Source: Candidatus Saccharimonadota bacterium (lineage in GTDB: Bacteria > Patescibacteriota > Patescibacteriia > 2-12-FULL-60-25). Taken from it: DNA of 32,000 nt. Position numbers and translations under genes: made by a program. The stretch lies in NCBI GenBank assembly GCA_023898425.1, contig CP060222.1:690001-722000 (forward strand), given 5' to 3'. How positions within the stretch are numbered: the stretch's first letter is position 1; every line of letters starts with the position of its first letter. The notes beneath the pieces are model-generated. The model had not been told where the DNA came from, did not search any database, and saw only the letters and a list, made by a program, of their open reading frames with translations. Shown piece after piece: positions 20,162 through 28,339 of the stretch.

Positions 20162-20194
20162 ACAAACAAAATCCCCCGATATCTCACGGGGGAT
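20162..20194 (-). terminator. rho-independent terminator of cysS
   Basis: atcccccg (20171-20178) pairs with cgggggat (20187-20194) around an 8-nt loop. The minus-strand transcript continues tttgtttg. Confidence 0.7.
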
Positions 20195-20198
20195 GCTT

Positions 20199-21572
20199 TT
20201 ATAACCGCTCTAACTCATACCCATCTTTGCCATCATTCATCTTCCAGCCTGCCTCGGCGAGGGTGTCGCGGAGCTCATCTGCCTTGGCAAAGTCCTTATC
20301 AAGCTTTGCTTGCCAGCGTTGATCTGCGATCTGTATGACTTCTTTAGGTGTTTCTTCCGTTTTACCGATCCAGTCGGCAAGGCCTAGGCCAAAAACTTCA
20401 TCCATCTCAATAATCGTTGCCCCTTTATTTACTGGTGAGAGATCAGAGCGTAAAACTTCGTGTAATACAGCGAGAGCCTTTGGGATATTTAAATCTGCTT
20501 CAAGAGCAATTTTCATATCTACAAGATACCCTTGGTTAGCCTTACCATCGCGTGCAAGCCACTTCATTTCCTGACGGAGTTTTTTTAGCGTATTTTGCGC
20601 TGAGGTAAGCGCATCCCACGAAAAGTTTAGTTTTTGACGATAATTCGCGCTCAAGAAATAGAGTCTTAGGGCAAGCGGATCAAAACCACGTTCGATAACT
20701 TCAGGCAAAACATAAAGATTTCCGAGCGACTTGGACATCTTTTGATTATCCATCAATAAAAATTCTCCATGCATCCAGTAATTGGCTAGAGGCTCATGAT
20801 ACGCGGCTTCACTTTGCGCGATTTCATTTTCATGATGAACGGCGATATGATCAACGCCACCACAATGAATATCAAAGGGCTGCCCTAGATAAGCGCGCGC
20901 CATCGCAGAACACTCTAAATGCCAGCCCGGAAAGCCTGTTCCCCATGGACTCTCCCACTCCATCTGACGCTTATGATCAACTGGCGAAAACTTCCATAAC
21001 GCAAAATCTGCTGGGTGATGTTTTTCTGTATTTTCTTCGACGCGAGCACCGGCGAGCTTATCTTTGAGAGACTGTCCCGATAATTTGCCGTAGGCGGCAA
21101 ATTTTTCGACATCAAAATAAATACCATCGGTTATTTGATAGGTAAAACCTTGTTCTTCGAGCTTTTGCACAAGTTCTATTTGCTCTTTAATATGCTCCGT
21201 GGCGCGAGGCATAAAATCTGGTGAGAGAATATTCATCTTGGCAATATCCTCAACAAACATCGCTTCGTAGTCTTTGGCGATATCCCAAGCGGTACGTCCA
21301 AGACGTGCTGCCGCGCCTTCAACCTTATCTTCTCCCGCGTCACCGTCGCCAACAAGATGACCTACATCGGTAATATTCATCACGTGCTTTACCTTATAGC
21401 CAAGCATCGTAAGCGAACGTTTTAACACGTCCTCAAAAACATACATACGTAAATTACCCACGTGTGCACGACCATAAACCGTCGGTCCACACGTATACAA
21501 ACCCACCTCCCCTGGTTTTATTGGAGTAAAGTCCTGCTCGCTATGGGTCAGGGTATTATAGATACGCAACAT
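20199..21572 (-). CDS. cysS: cysteine--tRNA ligase
   Basis: 457 aa. HIGH-class motif HVGNLRMY, KMSKS present, CGPTVY and WHLECS zinc/cysteine-binding blocks. Confidence 0.95.
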   Translation of the reverse strand: MLRIYNTLTHSEQDFTPIKPGEVGLYTCGPTVYGRAHVGNLRMYVFEDVLKRSLTMLGYKVKHVMNITDVGHLVGDGDAGEDKVEGAAARLGRTAWDIAKDYEAMFVEDIAKMNILSPDFMPRATEHIKEQIELVQKLEEQGFTYQITDGIYFDVEKFAAYGKLSGQSLKDKLAGARVEENTEKHHPADFALWKFSPVDHKRQMEWESPWGTGFPGWHLECSAMARAYLGQPFDIHCGGVDHIAVHHENEIAQSEAAYHEPLANYWMHGEFLLMDNQKMSKSLGNLYVLPEVIERGFDPLALRLYFLSANYRQKLNFSWDALTSAQNTLKKLRQEMKWLARDGKANQGYLVDMKIALEADLNIPKALAVLHEVLRSDLSPVNKGATIIEMDEVFGLGLADWIGKTEETPKEVIQIADQRWQAKLDKDFAKADELRDTLAEAGWKMNDGKDGYELERL

Positions 21573-21599
21573 GCCGATACCTTAGCGAATCTTCTGCCG

Positions 21600-22160
21600 T
21601 TAGTCCAAGTCTTCGTAATCATCCCCACCCGAACCACCTAAAATCGCCAAAAAAACCAAGGGAGCTAATAACCAAAATGATCGACCTGTCTCGTCCGTAA
21701 ATGTCTGAACCGTTACAAAAGATAATGCATTAAGCATTTCTGGAGGGATAAGATAAAGCCCGATGCTCAAAAAAAGCCCAGACTGCAAAACACTAAAGAT
21801 TAAAATCTCCCACCATTTACCTCGACTATTAGCTAACGATCTGAGTAGTGCGCTTCTCCACAAAATCAAAAAAACAATGAAAAAAATACCGAGAAACCAT
21901 AAGAGCGTATACCAAGGATTTTTGCTTACTCCAAGTGATACATTTAAACGTCCGATGATTGGTGCATTTGTTACAATAGCTAGTGACACATAGGATGCTA
22001 ACAATACGGTGACCGCTCGATCACGACCAACGATAAAACCATAAATAATCCCCGCCAATAAAAAACCACCTAAAAGAATAACCTCCCAGGTAACCGCGAT
22101 GCCGGCAACAACAAAAGCAACGGTTGGATTCATAGTGGCATGATACCAAAATCCTCCCAT
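21600..22160 (-). CDS. hypothetical integral membrane protein (~5 TM)
   Basis: 186-aa strongly hydrophobic ORF with an acidic C-terminus (GGDDYEDLD). Start uncertain (22160 or 22133). Confidence 0.55.
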   Translation of the reverse strand: MGGFWYHATMNPTVAFVVAGIAVTWEVILLGGFLLAGIIYGFIVGRDRAVTVLLASYVSLAIVTNAPIIGRLNVSLGVSKNPWYTLLWFLGIFFIVFLILWRSALLRSLANSRGKWWEILIFSVLQSGLFLSIGLYLIPPEMLNALSFVTVQTFTDETGRSFWLLAPLVFLAILGGSGGDDYEDLD

Positions 22161-22177
22161 TTGAGGGAGGATACGGT

Positions 22178-23266
22178 TTAAAGCCCGAGTGACTTTAGTT
22201 GCTCAAGGAGTGCTTTTTGTTCTTTATTTAGCTTATCAGGAATATCTGCTTCAAGCTTTACTACATGGTCTCCACGACGTCCTGAGCGTCCTGGTATGCC
22301 CTTGCCATGCAAGACAAGATCTTCGCCTGAACCTGTACCAGCGCTAAGCGTTTGCGTTTCTGCACCATCGACCGTTTCTACTTGGATTTTGCCTCCAAGG
22401 GCCAAGGTCGAGATCGGAACATACATCGTTGAGAAGATCGTTTGTCCTTCGCGCTGAAAACGCGCGTCTTGCTTTACGCGAATACGTAAGAAGAGATCCC
22501 CTGCCTGACCACCGTGATCCGGTACTTCGCCTTCGCCTTGTACTTGTAACATTGCACCATTTTCGATACCCGCAGGGATACCAACCGTTACACTCACGTT
22601 ACGTTTTTCTGCGCCATAACCCTTACATTGTTTGCAAGGAGTCTTAGGTTTTTTGCCCTTTCCGTGACAGGTCGCACAAGCAACAACCGTTTGCATCGTG
22701 CCAAACATGGTCCGCGTCGCTTGGCGCACACGACCCTCGCCTTTACAGTCGCTACAGGTTTCGAATTCTGAACCTGGTTCTGCACCATCACCCTTACAGA
22801 CAGAACAAGCGCTTGTGCGATAGAGGTTTACGGTTTTTGTAGCACCAAACACAGACTCTTTAAACGTTAGTTCGACTTCAGTTTCGATATCACGACCGCG
22901 ATTGCGCTTTGAACCACCGCCACCAAAACCAAACATTTCACCTAAGACATCACCAAGGTCACCGAATTGATTTGGATCAAACCCAGCTCCACCAAAATCA
23001 AAGCCACCAAATCCGCCACCAAAACCTCCCGGACCACCTGGACCTCCACCACCGTTTTCAAAGGCAGCAGAACCAAACTGATCATAGGTAGCACGTTTCT
23101 TTTTATCCCCTAGGATCTGGTAAGCCTCGTTTACATCTTTGAATTTCGAAGCATCACCGCCTTTGTCGGGGTGATGTTCATGCGCGGCTCGACGAAAAGC
23201 TTTTTTGATTTCGTCTTCACTCGCACTCTTCGAAACGCCTAATATTGCGTAATAATCTTTAGCCAT
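22178..23266 (-). CDS. dnaJ: molecular chaperone DnaJ
   Basis: J-domain with HPD (HEHHPDKGG), G/F-rich region, four CxxCxGxG zinc-finger repeats, C-terminal substrate-binding domains. Confidence 0.95.
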   Translation of the reverse strand: MAKDYYAILGVSKSASEDEIKKAFRRAAHEHHPDKGGDASKFKDVNEAYQILGDKKKRATYDQFGSAAFENGGGGPGGPGGFGGGFGGFDFGGAGFDPNQFGDLGDVLGEMFGFGGGGSKRNRGRDIETEVELTFKESVFGATKTVNLYRTSACSVCKGDGAEPGSEFETCSDCKGEGRVRQATRTMFGTMQTVVACATCHGKGKKPKTPCKQCKGYGAEKRNVSVTVGIPAGIENGAMLQVQGEGEVPDHGGQAGDLFLRIRVKQDARFQREGQTIFSTMYVPISTLALGGKIQVETVDGAETQTLSAGTGSGEDLVLHGKGIPGRSGRRGDHVVKLEADIPDKLNKEQKALLEQLKSLGL

Positions 23267-23268
23267 GC

Positions 23269-25176
23269 TTATTCAGCTTTTGGTTCTTCTGGTTCGGTTT
23301 TTGCAGATTCTGTTTGTTCTCCTTCGCTAGTTGGAGGAACTTCTGCTTCTGGACGGTCTTGATAGAGCGCAGCACCGACTTTTTGGGCTTCGGTGGCGAG
23401 TTCGTCAGCGGCTTTTTTTGATCGCTTCGATATCGTCGCCGTCTTTAATTGCTTTTAATGCCTCCATCTTTTCTTCAACAACTTTTTTGTCTTCTTCTTT
23501 GGCTTTGTCACCTGCATCTTTCAACATTTTTTCTGTTGTATAGATCATGGTTTCTGCCATGTTTTTTACTTCTACCGATTCGCGACGTTTTTGTCTTCTT
23601 CGGCATGCGCTTCGGCGTCTTTCTTCATGCGTTCGACTTCTTCTTTATCAAGGTTTGTCGAAGCGGTGATGGTGATTGCCTGTTCTTTGTTTGTGCCTTT
23701 GTCTTTGGCTTTAACATTTAAGATACCGTTCGCATCAATATCAAAGGTCACTTCGATTTGAGGAACACCACGTGGTGCTGGTGGGATATCCGAAAGCGTA
23801 AAGCGACCGAGGATTTATTATCAGCTGCCATATCGCGCTCACCCTGAAGTACATGGATTTCTACTGATGGCTGGCTGATTATCAGCGGCCGTTGAGAAGG
23901 TTTGTGATTTTGACGTTGGAATCGTTGTGTTACGTTCAATCACTTTTGTCATCACGCTCCCCATGGTTTCGATACCAAGCGAAAGTGGTGCTACATCAAG
24001 CAAAAGAACTTCTCCCTTAATATCACCCTGCATATTACCGGCCTGAATCGCAGCACCAACAGCAACAACCTCATCTGGGTTTACCGTAGCGTTTGGTTTT
24101 TTGCCAAAGAATTTTTCTACGGATTGTTGCACAAGTGGCATACGCGTCATACCACCAACAAGAATCACTTCGTTGATATCGGATGCGCTAAGACCTGCGT
24201 CTGCAAGCGCTTTCTTACAAGGGATAAGAGATTTTTCGACAAGATCACCAACGATTTGCTCAAGTTTTGAGCGTGATAGCTTAATCATCAAGTGCTTTGG
24301 TACACCATTGTCACTTGTGATAAATGGTTGATTGATTTCTGTCTCCATTGAGCTTGAGAGCTCGATTTTTGCTTTTTCTGCCGCATCTTTAATACGTTGT
24401 AAAGCGAGATTGTCTTTACCCAAATCAATACCTTCGGATTTTTTAAATTCATCAACAATCCACTCAATAATGCGTTGATCAAAGTCATCACCACCAAGAT
24501 GTGTGTCACCATTGGTTGCACGAACTTCGATGGTGTTTTGTTCTGTCGAAGCATCATAGGCAACCTCGAGAACGGAGACATCAAAGGTACCACCACCGAG
24601 ATCGTAGACAACGATCTTTTCGTCTTTTTTGCGATCAAAACCGTATGCAAGAGCGGCGGCTGTTGGCTCGTTGATAATACGACGTACATTTAAGCCAGCG
24701 ATTTCACCAGCGATTTTTGTTGCTTGGCGTTGTGAGTCATCAAAATATGCCGGTACGGTAATGACCGCTTCGGTGATCTTTTCGCCAATACGTGCTTCTG
24801 CATCCGCTTTGAGTTTTTGTAAAACCATGGCCGAGATTTCTTCTGGCGCATAGTCTTTATCACCCATGGTAATACGTGGGCTATCGTCTTTTTTAGTGAC
24901 TTTAAACGGAAACCATTTGAGATCACGTTGTACGGCCTCATCATCATATCGTCGACCAATCAAGCGCTTCGCAGAAAAAATCGTGTTTTCTGGATTTACG
25001 ACACCCTGGCGTTTTGCTACCTGACCAACCAAGCGTTCGCCGCCTTTTGTGACAGCAACAACGGATGGTGTAGTGCGTGCGCCTTCGGCGTTTTCGAGTA
25101 CTTTTGGTTGACCGCCTTCGATAACCACCATACAGGAGTTGGTAGTACCGAGATCAATTCCGAGAATTTTTGACAT
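23269..25176 (-). pseudogene. dnaK: dnaK (Hsp70) interrupted by four indels; intact frame only to codon 445
   Basis: The N-terminal 445 aa are canonical DnaK ([27 protein letters not shown]). The rest of the protein ([78 protein letters not shown]) is recovered only by switching frames at about 23869-23876, 23809-23813, 23588-23592 and 23413-23419. The total span is 1908 nt, ending at TAA 23269-23271. Confidence 0.88.
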
Positions 25177-25196
25177 AGGTTTGAATAGTTATGAAA

Positions 25197-25625
25197 TTAG
25201 TTTTTCTTTACATCAATTTTTATTGACTTGGATTCTTGTAGAAGTTTTGGAACCGTTACCTTGAGAATACCGTTTTCAAAGCTTGCTTCGGCATTTTCAT
25301 GTTGTGCTTGTGCCGGAAGGGCGATTTGCCGAAACACCATCCCTTGGCGCACTTCTTTGCGATAGTAGTTTTTGTCTTCGACTTCGGTTTTGCGTTCGGT
25401 TGTTCCTTTGATCGTGAGGATGCCGTTGTCGACCGTCACCTCAATCTTGCCTGGATCAACACCAGGAACTGGTGTTTCTACGACAATGGTATGTTCTGTT
25501 TCGTACATATCAACAGGAGGAACAATGCCGACTCCCTGAGCTGTTTGTAATGAGCGCATCTCATCGAGGGCTTTATCCATACCCTCAAATGGCTCAAAAA
25601 ATGGGGACCATTTGATTAATGACAT
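25197..25625 (-). CDS. Hsp20/alpha-crystallin family small heat-shock protein
   Basis: 142 aa. Alpha-crystallin domain pattern (PPVDMYETEHTIVVETPVPGVDPGKIEVTVDNGILTIKG ... ASFENGILKVTVPK). Confidence 0.9.
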   Translation of the reverse strand: MSLIKWSPFFEPFEGMDKALDEMRSLQTAQGVGIVPPVDMYETEHTIVVETPVPGVDPGKIEVTVDNGILTIKGTTERKTEVEDKNYYRKEVRQGMVFRQIALPAQAQHENAEASFENGILKVTVPKLLQESKSIKIDVKKN

Positions 25626-25627
25626 AG

Positions 25628-26170
25628 TTATTTTGCGATAATGACCTTAGCAGGACGTAGAACTTTACCATTCAACATCCAACCATCTTGAGTAATGCGG
25701 ATGATTTCGCCAGAAGCGACATCTTTGCTTTCTTCGGTACCTACAGCTTCGTGGCGCTGAGGATCAAAGACTTTGTCCGCTTCAATGAGTGAAAGACCCG
25801 TTGATTGCATGACATGCTCCCAATTGGTCCAAACGGCTTTTACACCAATCAACCAATTTTCCCATTGCTTTTTCTGTTCATCGTCAAGCGATTCAGTAGA
25901 AGGTTGATATTTAAGAACCATAGCGTACTGATCGATAGCTGGAAGCAATTCTTCGAGCAAGCGTTCATTGGCGTATTTTACAAATTGACCTTTTTCTTTG
26001 TCTGCTTCACGTTTTAAATTTTGATAATCTGCTTGAGCACGTTTCCATCCATCGAGATATTCTTCACATTTTTCACACTTAGCTTCGTCTGTCATCCCGA
26101 CCGACGACGCAGGAGGAGTGAAGGGATCAATTTCTGGATCTTGTGGGTGTTCGTTTTGTTGTTCTTCCAT
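25628..26170 (-). CDS. grpE: nucleotide exchange factor GrpE
   Basis: 180 aa. WKRAQADYQNLKRE coiled-coil segment, FDPQRHEAV and LNGKVLRPAKVIIAK C-terminal beta domain. Confidence 0.9.
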   Translation of the reverse strand: MEEQQNEHPQDPEIDPFTPPASSVGMTDEAKCEKCEEYLDGWKRAQADYQNLKREADKEKGQFVKYANERLLEELLPAIDQYAMVLKYQPSTESLDDEQKKQWENWLIGVKAVWTNWEHVMQSTGLSLIEADKVFDPQRHEAVGTEESKDVASGEIIRITQDGWMLNGKVLRPAKVIIAK

Positions 26171-26178
26171 AGTGGTTA

Positions 26179-26850
26179 TTAAGATAAGGCTTCTATAGCG
26201 GCGATCATATGTGAGAGTGCTTCTTGATAGTCCATACGTAATGGACCAAGAATACCGATAAGTCCTTGCGGACTGCTGGCAACGACGACACTAGAAGCGG
26301 GACCAAATGGACAATCTTTTCCGATAAACCATTGTGGTTGCTCAAAGGTGGTACGTCGTAGAGATCCGAGTGTCTGATCAAGATGATCAAGTAACTCCGT
26401 CATCGAAACAACGCGTTGCCAATGGCGAAATTCTGGTTGTGCAAAAAGCTGTGATAGACCGGTGTAATACGTATCAGCTTCGTGAAGCGCGACAATCGAG
26501 GCAAGCCCCAGACTATCCGCCACCTCTCGAGCGACAAGCTTTATGCGCCGATCTTCATCTAGTGACGCTGCCTGCGATAAGCGATCGCGTGTTTTTTTGC
26601 TTGCAGATTTTGGGGTAATAAATTGTTCGACATAGAGTCGAAAACCATCTTCGGTTGGGATACGTCCACCTGAGGTATGAGGCTGCTGAAGCAATCCTGC
26701 CTCCTCAAGGAGAGCGAACCAGTTACGAATCGTTGCAGAACTTACGCCCAAGTTATGACGCTCAACAAGCGCCTGAGACCCAACGGGTTCAGCGCTTGCA
26801 ATATATTCTTCCGTCACGAGCTTGAGGAGCTGTAAGAGCTTAGCGTCCAT
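26179..26850 (-). CDS. hrcA: heat-inducible transcription repressor HrcA (short, 223 aa)
   Basis: N-terminal winged-helix block EPVGSQALV...VSSATIRNWFALLEEAGLLQQPHTSGGRIPTEDGFRLYV. It sits first in the grpE-dnaK-dnaJ operon behind a CIRCE operator. About a third shorter than the ~340-aa HrcA of Bacillus. Confidence 0.85.
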   Translation of the reverse strand: MDAKLLQLLKLVTEEYIASAEPVGSQALVERHNLGVSSATIRNWFALLEEAGLLQQPHTSGGRIPTEDGFRLYVEQFITPKSASKKTRDRLSQAASLDEDRRIKLVAREVADSLGLASIVALHEADTYYTGLSQLFAQPEFRHWQRVVSMTELLDHLDQTLGSLRRTTFEQPQWFIGKDCPFGPASSVVVASSPQGLIGILGPLRMDYQEALSHMIAAIEALS

Positions 26851-26859
26851 TGTAATGAA

Positions 26860-26886
26860 GTAGCACTCTCAAGTGCTGAGTGCTAA
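26860..26886 (-). promoter_or_regulatory. CIRCE operator (HrcA binding site)
   Basis: In gene orientation TTAGCACTC-agcacttga-GAGTGCTAc. This matches the consensus TTAGCACTC-N9-GAGTGCTAA at 17 of 18 positions. It ends 9 nt upstream of the hrcA ATG. Confidence 0.88.
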
Positions 26887-26890
26887 TGCA

Positions 26891-26919
26891 ACTATAGACG
26901 TTCTCAAAAAGGGCGTCAA
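26891..26919 (-). promoter_or_regulatory. sigma-70-type promoter of the hrcA operon
   Basis: In gene orientation TTGACG (26914-26919), 17-nt spacer, TATAGT (26891-26896), then 4 nt to CIRCE. This is the classical promoter-CIRCE arrangement. Confidence 0.65.
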
Positions 26920-27002
26920 GAAGAAGCTCTTTGTAAGATTGACACAAGCATTACTGATCCTGCACAGTGACTATAGATCCGTTCTTTACAGGAGAAAACA
27001 GC

Positions 27003-27647
27003 ATGCCCGCCGGTTCCCACGTTCTAACGACTACCGTTAGCGCTTCTGAATTTCTTCAGCTCGTACTGAAGGATATCGGTAATCACCAACAGGATACTTA
27101 TGAAGACGAGTTCGTACTTCGAGAGCCTACCAATCTTGGAGGCGAGCGGGGTGACCGGTTTCGTCATCGTGTTACCTTGAAAGGCTCGTGGCAGTACAAG
27201 AAGTATCGAATCGCATTCATCACCGAAGAAGTGAAGCATAATCATCGATCCGAGGAATGGAGACCCTGTTACAAGGTCTCCGCGTTGCTCTTCGAGATGC
27301 CTCGCGATACCGGACTCAACGGATCGCTTTTTACTCAGGCGATCGTCTATCCCAAGGAGGACTGGCGCAAAGATCAGCCCTGTTCTTGGGAGAACGAGCT
27401 ATTTCACATCACTCATGACAAAAACGGCGTCATCACTTGCAACAAGGGTAGTGAGCACCCTTTGTTCTACGAAGCCGTTCGGGATTGTTTGCATCCTCGT
27501 GACAGCATGGATTTCAGCCCTCTTCGCTACGAAGCTGACAAGACTCGCCTATTCGTCGACGCACTTAAAGCTCTTGCGAAAGACCGTATCAAGCAAGTCA
27601 CCGCCACACCACCAGTGAGCGCCCAACCTGTTTCAGTCAACAACTGA
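27003..27647 (+). CDS. hypothetical protein (214 aa; track start GTG 26967 alternative)
   Basis: SD AGGAGA at 26990-26995 lies 7 nt before the ATG at 27003. Hand-counted GC is about 50 percent, against the low-to-mid 40s nearby. Terminator hairpins follow. No motif I recognise. Confidence 0.55.
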   Translation: MPAGSHVLTTTVSASEFLQLVLKDIGNHQQDTYEDEFVLREPTNLGGERGDRFRHRVTLKGSWQYKKYRIAFITEEVKHNHRSEEWRPCYKVSALLFEMPRDTGLNGSLFTQAIVYPKEDWRKDQPCSWENELFHITHDKNGVITCNKGSEHPLFYEAVRDCLHPRDSMDFSPLRYEADKTRLFVDALKALAKDRIKQVTATPPVSAQPVSVNN

Positions 27648-27660
27648 TGCTCAACTCTAA

Positions 27661-27696
27661 AAACCCGCCAAGAACACACAGTTCATGGCGGGTTTT
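27661..27696. terminator. terminator hairpin after the orphan ORF
   Basis: aaacccgcca (27661-27670) pairs with tggcgggttt (27686-27695) around a 15-nt loop, followed by a short T-run. Confidence 0.5.
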
Positions 27697-27702
27697 CTGA
27701 TT

Positions 27703-27742
27703 GGCGTGGCAGCGAACCCACCGCCCGCATTTTGTTTTTTTT
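27703..27742 (+). terminator. second candidate terminator (bulged GC hairpin plus long T-run)
   Basis: ggcgtgg (27703-27709) pairs with ccaccgcc (27717-27724) with a 1-nt bulge, followed by attttgtttttttt (27729-27742). Confidence 0.4.
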
Positions 27743-27751
27743 GGATGGGCA

Positions 27752-27772
27752 CCTCCCTTGTTCCAAGGGAGG
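27752..27772. repeat. hairpin H1, related to the DUF559-flanking repeat stem
   Basis: cctcccttg-ttc-caagggagg. It shares the CTCCCTTG/CAAGGGAG stem core with the two flanking repeat copies. Confidence 0.7.
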
Positions 27773-27788
27773 GCTGAAACTAAAGTGG

Positions 27789-27856
27789 TCTCCCTTGAAT
27801 ACAAGGGAGATGCCTAACCATGTCTCGGTAAATAAATGTAGGCAGAGGGTTCGCAG
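27789..27856 (+). repeat. hairpin-plus-box direct repeat, copy 1 (upstream of the DUF559 gene)
   Basis: tctcccttg-aata-caagggaga-tgcctaaccat, then a 21-nt divergent spacer, then cagagggttcgc. The hairpin start to box start distance (54 nt) is the same as in copy 2. Confidence 0.8.
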
Positions 27857-27898
27857 TCTTGACACCCTATCTCGTTTCATGGAACGGGGTATCTAGCT

Positions 27899-28339
27899 AT
27901 GCAATACAAAATTACGGATCGCCGACTCAAAGAACGCCGGCGCGAGTTAAGAAAAAATGCCACCAACGAAGAGCGTGACCTTTGGCACTATCTGCGTGGG
28001 CGAAAGCTGGGTGGCTACAAATTTCTTCGCCAATTTAGCATCAATCGATTTATCGTAGACTTCTACTGCGCACAATATCGTGTTGCTATCGAAATAGATG
28101 GATCACAGCATGCTAGTGATCAAGGCGCCACCTACGACGTAGAACGAACAGCCATCCTCTCTGAATTTGGCGTTACGACTATTCGCTTTACCAATAACGA
28201 TATCAATAAACGCATCGGATACGTAATAAAAACTATTACCGATACCATCACCGAGGCCGCGAACTCATCCTCCAGCTCCTTCTCTTCTTCGAGAGAAGGA
28301 GAGCGACTGATTGAAGCCTCAGCATCAGTTCTCCCTTGA
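27899..28339 (+). CDS. DUF559 (Vsr-like PD-(D/E)XK) endonuclease domain protein
   Basis: LRKNATNEERDLWHYLRGRKLGGYKFLRQFSINRFIVDFYC...AIEIDGSQH...YDVERTAILSEFGVTTIRFTNNDI is the typical DUF559 pattern. The Ser-rich C-terminal tail runs into the hairpins and is probably not conserved. Confidence 0.85.
   Translation: MQYKITDRRLKERRRELRKNATNEERDLWHYLRGRKLGGYKFLRQFSINRFIVDFYCAQYRVAIEIDGSQHASDQGATYDVERTAILSEFGVTTIRFTNNDINKRIGYVIKTITDTITEAANSSSSSFSSSREGERLIEASASVLP
28276..28301. repeat. hairpin H4 inside the 3' tail of the DUF559 ORF
   Basis: ctccttctc (28276-28284) pairs with gagaaggag (28293-28301) around an 8-nt loop. The pyrimidine arm comes first, as in H1-H3. Confidence 0.55.

Noticed and set aside
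23331-23721. Plus-strand ORFs (70 and 90 aa) opposite the 3' part of dnaK
   Set aside because: The region translates cleanly into the DnaK lid/C-terminus on the minus strand once the frameshifts are accounted for. The plus-strand ORFs are Leu/Phe/Ser-rich artefacts.
23413-23876. Programmed ribosomal frameshifting in dnaK
   Set aside because: Four events of both signs would be required. The first is a 4-bp duplication with no slippery heptamer or downstream structure, and both shifted stretches contain stops. Mutation or sequence error is far more plausible.
26939-26977. TTGACA at 26939 as the promoter for the orphan ORF
   Set aside because: No acceptable -10 hexamer lies at 16-18 nt spacing. 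The nearest TATAGA is 27 nt away.
27683-27880. 65-aa minus-strand ORF spanning the hairpin-repeat region
   Set aside because: It is made up of terminator and hairpin sequence, has no SD, and its reading frame exists only because of the palindromes.
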